NCBI GenBank assembly: GCA_003648625.1
Contig: QMPO01000001.1
Coordinates: 1-40,841, forward strand
DNA length: 40,841 nucleotides
Source of the DNA: Bacteroidota bacterium
GTDB lineage: Bacteria; Bacteroidota; Bacteroidia; Bacteroidales; F082
Direction of reading: 5' to 3'
The translations under genes were made by a program, and so were the position numbers. Shown piece after piece: positions 35,958 through 40,841 of the stretch; position 1 is the stretch's first letter; the number at the start of each line of letters is the position of its first letter. The notes beneath the pieces were generated by a model that worked only from the letters and a program-made list of their open reading frames with translations, did no database searches and was not told the origin of the DNA.

Positions 35958-35965
35958 CAAAGTTA
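35958..35965 (-). promoter_or_regulatory. Candidate -7 box (TAACTTTG) for the LacI-family gene
   Basis: Exact TAnnTTTG match on the minus strand, 25 nt upstream of the ATG at 35933. It overlaps the palindrome TGTGCGCACA (35950-35959). Confidence 0.4.
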
Positions 35966-35999
35966 CGGAAAATTCACTAAACCAACTGAAACAACGGTT

Positions 36000-37394
36000 C
36001 TAGTTGGTCAGTACAAAATACGACCACGGGCTGATATCCATAACCATATCAGGTACAAGCTCCATTTTCCCGCCTGTAAAAACATTTGTATAGGTTCCGT
36101 AAACCTGGTCGGAAGACGGCTTAAACTGTGTCTGCTCGCCACTCAAATTAATGATAGAAATTATTTTATTGTCATCCTTTTCACGTAAAAAGGCCAGAAT
36201 ATTCTCATTATTTTCTTCGCCTATATTGACTATATTTCCTCCCTCAGTCCCATTCCATAACGCTTTATTCGTCTTCTTCAGCAGGTTCAACTTGGTATAA
36301 AAATCCTGATATCTGATGTTGCTCCAGTCGATGGTGTCTTTTTCAAAAAACCGGAGCACTTTATCATTACCGGTTTCTTGTCCGCTGTATATTAACGGCA
36401 TGCCCGGGATGGTATATGTTAGTACGGCAAAGGCCTCAACACCATCGCCCAAACGTTTTTGCACAGTTCCATTCCATGAGTTTTCATCATGATTGGTGAT
36501 GAATGTCATACGATAATCTTCCCTGGAAAAGGTATTTTCATTCCAACTCAGATAATCCCAAATGTCATTTGCATTCTTTTTGCCTTTCGCAATATCATTC
36601 ATCAGATGAAGCAATTTCCACGAATAGTTCATGTCAAAAGCATGCTCCAGAAGTGCCGTATTATCTTCATCCTCAGCCAGCATAAATACCGGTTTGATCT
36701 GTTTCAGCTGAGCTACTGCATCATTCCAGAAATCGACAGGCACCATTCCTGCCACATCGCAGCGGTATCCGTCCACATCTGCTTCTTCAATCCAGAATTT
36801 CAACGCCCTGATCATACTGTCACGCATGGCCGGATTATCATAGTCAAACTCAATCACATCTGTCCAGTCGTAAGGCGAGTGAAAAGTGCCATCATCATTT
36901 TTAACATAGTATTCAGGGTGCTCCTCAGTCCAGATATTATCCCAGGCCGAATGGTTAGCTACCCAGTCGAGTATAACATACATACCCATTTCGTGGGCTT
37001 CTTTTACCAGGTCTTTCAAATCCTGCATTGTACCAAATTCAGGATTGACCGCTTTGTAATCCTTTACCGAATAATAACTTCCCAGTGAACCTTTTCTGTT
37101 TAACCCGCCAATGGGCTGAACCGGCATAAGCCACAAAATATCCACGCCCATTTCCTTCAATCTGGGCAGATGTTCCCTGAAAGCATTTATTGTACCCTCG
37201 TTGCTATATTGTCTGATATTTACCTCGTAAATATTCGCATTTTTACTCCATTCCACATGTTTCATTTCTGTCTCCTTTTTATCATTTTCATTAGTTGTGT
37301 TATTCTCTTTTTGCTGTGACCCGCAGGAAATCAGAAAAACCGGTAACAAAACACAGGCAAATATGACCGCTATATTCTTTTTCATATAATTCAT
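36000..37394 (-). CDS. GH13 alpha-amylase lipoprotein
   Basis: The lipobox reads FLISCGS. GH13 regions are VILDWVANHSA, VDGYRCDVAGMV, FMLAEDED and FITNHDENSW. Confidence 0.85.
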   Translation of the reverse strand: MNYMKKNIAVIFACVLLPVFLISCGSQQKENNTTNENDKKETEMKHVEWSKNANIYEVNIRQYSNEGTINAFREHLPRLKEMGVDILWLMPVQPIGGLNRKGSLGSYYSVKDYKAVNPEFGTMQDLKDLVKEAHEMGMYVILDWVANHSAWDNIWTEEHPEYYVKNDDGTFHSPYDWTDVIEFDYDNPAMRDSMIRALKFWIEEADVDGYRCDVAGMVPVDFWNDAVAQLKQIKPVFMLAEDEDNTALLEHAFDMNYSWKLLHLMNDIAKGKKNANDIWDYLSWNENTFSREDYRMTFITNHDENSWNGTVQKRLGDGVEAFAVLTYTIPGMPLIYSGQETGNDKVLRFFEKDTIDWSNIRYQDFYTKLNLLKKTNKALWNGTEGGNIVNIGEENNENILAFLREKDDNKIISIINLSGEQTQFKPSSDQVYGTYTNVFTGGKMELVPDMVMDISPWSYFVLTN

Positions 37395-37397
37395 GAT

Positions 37398-40166
37398 CTA
37401 TTCTTGTTTTTGGTTTTTATTCACGATCAACTTTTTCTTTGAATGCACTTTCCATGCAAAGCGAGTCGTTAACATATCTGCTTTGCTACCAGCTACGTCC
37501 TGCCCAATAATTTCCAGCTTTATTTCCCTCTTACTAAAATCCAATGGGAGGCTATAATTCCGGCTTTCAAATATAAACGAATAGGTATTATTATCAGACG
37601 TTACACTAAAATTTAAGATTTCATAGCCGGTTTCTGCCGTATGAGGCAAATACGTTTGACCATCATCATTGTATATAAACCCTTGGTTGTAAGAGGTTAA
37701 ATTATCCGGATAATAACGGATTGTGAGTTGTTCGGTTGTATAATTATCAGTGGTTTGAACGGTTTGCGAAAACGGAATAAAGGAACCGGCTTTTACAAAA
37801 ACAGGAATTGTCTCAGGTTCCGTCTTAACCTCGATCCATTGCCCGCCATCGTAACGAAAGTGATGCCAGAAGTCGTACCATACCGTTCCGTCCGGTAAAT
37901 AAACTTTCCTTTTTTTCTGGCCATGCTCAAGAACCGGCGCTACCAGCAAATTTTCTCCGAACATGTATTCGTCACCAACAGAATAAGTTGCGGTATCGTC
38001 GGGGAATTCATAGAATAAGGGCCTTACTATCGGTTCTCCTTCGATACTTGCCAGGTAAGTGAGCGTATAAATGTAAGGCAATAAGCTGTAGCGCAGTTTT
38101 ATAAAATCGCGCACAATCTGCTGCGTGGTGTCACTAAAATAAACCGGTTCAGACGGAATATCCGAGCCATGCGGGCGCAGGATGGGTGAAAAACAGGCCA
38201 TTTGCAGCCAACGCGTGTACAACTCTTCATCTTTCGTGCCTTGTGCAAAACCTCCGGCATCGGAATGGATGAATGGCAATCCACTCAGGCTCATGTGCAG
38301 CATCAGGGGCAATTGTGCCTGCAAACCACCCCAACTTCGCGACACATCGCCAGTCCACGGGTAAACAGCGTATCGCTGCGAACCGGCATAACCTGCCCTG
38401 TTTAAATTGAATAGTCTTGTATTGGGATATTCTTCCCGGTATTTTTCATACAGGAATTTGTGCCAGTAGTGTCCGTAAATATTGTGTACTTCGTCCGCTT
38501 TGCCATTTACATGATATATGTCTGAAGGATGGCTTTCGGGTTCGCCCAAATCGCCCCACCAGCCGGCCACTCCTATTTCGATCTGCTTTTTATACTGTGC
38601 CCAGAACCACTCCCATGCTGCCGGTTTGAACATATCAATCAGCCCGCCATTCCCAAAATAGAATTCGTAGTTGATGTATGGATTCCCGAAGCTGTCAGTT
38701 GCCAGGATTCCCTTCTCTGCTGCTATCCTGAAATTTTTAAGCGAATCTAAAATATATGGTTCGGTGATAAGAATGGTTTTTACGCCTTCTTTTCTAAACT
38801 TTTTAATCATTCCTTCAGGATCCGGCCAGTTAGGTTTGTACCATTTGAGCCTTCCGAGAGTTCCCAGAATGCTGTCGCCAAACCAGTAAAAATCGAGAAT
38901 CACTGCATCCAGCGGAAAATCTTTCTTTAACATCAGGGCTACAATCGAATCTGTTTCATATTGCGTACGGTAAGCCATCCGCGATTGCAGGTTACCTAAT
39001 GCCCAAAGAGGCGGTAACGGCTGGTAACCGGTTAAACCGGCATAGTCTTTTGTAATACTTTTATAATCGTTTCCGGCAATCACAAAATATTTCATCAGTC
39101 CGCCAATAGCGCCCCACTCCAGAATACCAGCTTCCGTTTCGCCAATATCAGCATAACCTTTTTGGGGGTTATCGAAAAATAATAAGTATTTTTTAGATGA
39201 AACAATAAGCGGAATGGAATAATTCAAATTTTGGGCGCCGATCTCATAGCCGTATTTGGGTCGGTTGTATAAGTTATACCTCACTCCTGCAAGATTAAAA
39301 GCATTGGCCCGCTCTCCCAATCCGTATATCTTTTCACCACTACCCAATCTGAATCGCAGGCCATCGTTATCTGTCCGGCTAAAAAACCCGCGTTCTTCCT
39401 GCAATATAGTATCGCCATCAAAAATAAAAGAAAGACGGAAGGGGGTTTTGTTCATAACAACTTCCAGACTATCGGTAATCAATTTAAGGGTATTGCTGTC
39501 TTCTTTTAAAGCAAACTCAATTTCATGCGGAACTAATATAGCCGCCACTGAAGAATCTTGTTCGGGTTCATTGCTTCTGAAATTTTTAACTTCAACAATG
39601 CGATTGGTATAAGGTATTACCTGCGTCAGACCATAATCTGTGTGTACAAATAAGGTGTTATTACTTATCTCATGCGATACATATTTTCTTAGATTGAACA
39701 GATATTTAGCCGGTGCCCTTTCAGGTGGTTTATACCCGTTTACATTCAGGAAAATATCTTCATTGGTTTTTGTTTTTCCCACTTTTGAACCGTCAACACT
39801 TCGAAATACAAACGCCAGTTGCTGCGGGATTTCATCAGAACTTAAACCATAAAAATCCTTTATAACAAACGTAAATTGATGCAATCCATTATCAATTGGA
39901 GTCATCTTTACCCTGGGGTCATCTTTACCCCAAGTTCCTACAACATGCTTCCAGTCGCCGCCATCAATACTTTTTTGTGTGATTACACCGGTGTGCAGAT
40001 AAACGGTCCCGTCGTAATCTGCCAACGCTCTGTTTCCTTCATTGGCATTGTACGTCAGCGTCACTGTGTCGGTTGGTGACGGGTCGGGAGGGTCCAGCCA
40101 GGCAATCTGAGCTTGCACATGAATAAATACGAAGAGGATTAGTAATAAAAATGTAGTGCGCATCAT
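37398..40166 (-). CDS. GH31 alpha-glucosidase with an extra N-terminal ~110-aa module
   Basis: GH31 motifs are DAVILDFYWFG, GVAGWWGDLGEPE and YPWTGDVSRSWGGL. A signal peptide is present. The stop lies 3 nt upstream of the next gene's start, suggesting an operon. Confidence 0.85.
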   Translation of the reverse strand: MMRTTFLLLILFVFIHVQAQIAWLDPPDPSPTDTVTLTYNANEGNRALADYDGTVYLHTGVITQKSIDGGDWKHVVGTWGKDDPRVKMTPIDNGLHQFTFVIKDFYGLSSDEIPQQLAFVFRSVDGSKVGKTKTNEDIFLNVNGYKPPERAPAKYLFNLRKYVSHEISNNTLFVHTDYGLTQVIPYTNRIVEVKNFRSNEPEQDSSVAAILVPHEIEFALKEDSNTLKLITDSLEVVMNKTPFRLSFIFDGDTILQEERGFFSRTDNDGLRFRLGSGEKIYGLGERANAFNLAGVRYNLYNRPKYGYEIGAQNLNYSIPLIVSSKKYLLFFDNPQKGYADIGETEAGILEWGAIGGLMKYFVIAGNDYKSITKDYAGLTGYQPLPPLWALGNLQSRMAYRTQYETDSIVALMLKKDFPLDAVILDFYWFGDSILGTLGRLKWYKPNWPDPEGMIKKFRKEGVKTILITEPYILDSLKNFRIAAEKGILATDSFGNPYINYEFYFGNGGLIDMFKPAAWEWFWAQYKKQIEIGVAGWWGDLGEPESHPSDIYHVNGKADEVHNIYGHYWHKFLYEKYREEYPNTRLFNLNRAGYAGSQRYAVYPWTGDVSRSWGGLQAQLPLMLHMSLSGLPFIHSDAGGFAQGTKDEELYTRWLQMACFSPILRPHGSDIPSEPVYFSDTTQQIVRDFIKLRYSLLPYIYTLTYLASIEGEPIVRPLFYEFPDDTATYSVGDEYMFGENLLVAPVLEHGQKKRKVYLPDGTVWYDFWHHFRYDGGQWIEVKTEPETIPVFVKAGSFIPFSQTVQTTDNYTTEQLTIRYYPDNLTSYNQGFIYNDDGQTYLPHTAETGYEILNFSVTSDNNTYSFIFESRNYSLPLDFSKREIKLEIIGQDVAGSKADMLTTRFAWKVHSKKKLIVNKNQKQE

Positions 40167-40180
40167 TATACCCGGGGTCT

Positions 40181-40841
40181 TTATTTCATCAATTCCACAA
40201 TCATCGGTGATTTTGCCGGCACAGTGATGTAATCAAGTTTTTCAAACATGGTTCTGCTTAAAACACTTCTTCCGGCCGTATAACCTTTCAGATTTTCGGC
40301 AAACCGTGATAAATCCACCTTGCTTTCTTCTTCCGTGTTGTTCAGCAAAACCATCACTGCTTCATCATCCGTATGCCTGAAATAAACGTACACTCCGTTT
40401 TCAGGAATGTATTGGGTAAACTCGCCTGATTGAACAGCCTTGTTATTCTTTCTCCAGTTCAGCAGTCTTCGTGTAAAATTAAAAGCATCCAGTTGCTCAG
40501 GTTCCAGCCCCACTTGTTCAAATACATTCACTTTATCACCCGGCCATCCTCCCGGAAAGTCTTCCCGGATATAGCCATGGCCATCGTGTTCGTTACCGGT
40601 CATCAGGATTTCGCCACCATAATATATTTGTGGTATTCCTCTTATGGTCATCACAAATGTCATCCCCAATTTGAACTTACGGATATCTTCCTGCATTTTA
40701 GTGTAAAACCGATCCCCGTCGTGGTTGTCTGTAAAAACAATCAAATTCATCGGGTTGCTGTAAAGAAAATCCTGTGCAAGTATTTCGTACAATGCAAGAG
40801 TTCCCCTGTCCCATCCATCTTCTTCATTAAAGGCTCTGTTT
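40181..40841 (-). CDS. GH13 family enzyme, C-terminal part only (cyclomaltodextrinase/neopullulanase SusA-like); the 5' end is cut by the window edge
   Basis: The reading frame stays open from 40792 to the window end (…NRAFNEEDGWDRGTLALYEIL…). GH13 conserved region IV is present (VFTDNHDGDRF), followed by the C-terminal beta domain. The stop lies 14 nt upstream of the GH31 start. Confidence 0.7.
   Translation of the reverse strand, partial: NRAFNEEDGWDRGTLALYEILAQDFLYSNPMNLIVFTDNHDGDRFYTKMQEDIRKFKLGMTFVMTIRGIPQIYYGGEILMTGNEHDGHGYIREDFPGGWPGDKVNVFEQVGLEPEQLDAFNFTRRLLNWRKNNKAVQSGEFTQYIPENGVYVYFRHTDDEAVMVLLNNTEEESKVDLSRFAENLKGYTAGRSVLSRTMFEKLDYITVPAKSPMIVELMK

Noticed and set aside
36452-36467. 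A LacI-box-like sequence CCAAACGTTTTTGC (perfect AAACGTTT core) inside the GH13 lipoprotein gene
   Set aside because: It is intragenic, about 940 nt downstream of the start codon. Only an 8-bp palindrome with asymmetric flanks is present, so it is most likely a chance match.
36489-37088. Long antisense ORFs inside large genes, for example 36489..37088 (+, 199 aa), 5941..6384 (+, 147 aa), 25280..25693 (+, 137 aa) and 7239..7583 (-, 114 aa)
   Set aside because: They lie fully inside well-supported genes on the opposite strand. They have biased, Cys/His/Ile-rich composition and no recognisable motifs, which is typical of shadow ORFs.

Overview
This 40.8-kb window looks like a Bacteroidota chromosome. 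The evidence is SusC/SusD genes, three proteins with type IX secretion (T9SS) C-terminal sorting domains, and TAnnTTTG -7 promoter boxes upstream of many genes. No rRNA, tRNA or CRISPR array is visible.

Gene content from left to right:
- 1-1813: an intact IS1182-family insertion sequence.
- 1833-4757: a DUF3179 protein gene and an M23 peptidase lipoprotein gene. The 651-bp spacer between them consists entirely of a ~120-bp tandem repeat with a conserved hairpin.
- 4845-10841: housekeeping metabolism (iorBA, acpH, yjbQ, gltA-icd).
- 11112-12562: a PspC / LiaF-like envelope gene pair.
- 12629-21091: a T9SS-secreted papain-like peptidase divergent from a TonB-dependent receptor and oligopeptidase B operon.
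- 21096-23499: an OmpR-type two-component system divergent from a small Lys/Asp/Cys-rich secreted protein gene.
- 23582-40841: an alpha-glucan (starch) utilization locus. It holds a GH13 enzyme with a T9SS domain, a 1132-aa non-catalytic multi-CBM T9SS protein, susC/susD, a LacI-family regulator, and a GH13-GH31-GH13 operon that runs off the window edge.

The observations most worth follow-up are:
- the unexplained tandem repeat/hairpin array at 2881-3512;
- a starch locus that appears to use T9SS cargo (a multi-CBM scaffold plus an amylase) in place of SusE/F/G lipoproteins, under a LacI-type operator that overlaps a promoter -33 element;
- a ~110-aa N-terminal module shared by the GH13 and GH31 enzymes;
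- four helically phased TTAACA direct repeats between the two-component system and the small-protein gene.

All functional calls come from reading motifs in the translations. No database search was run.
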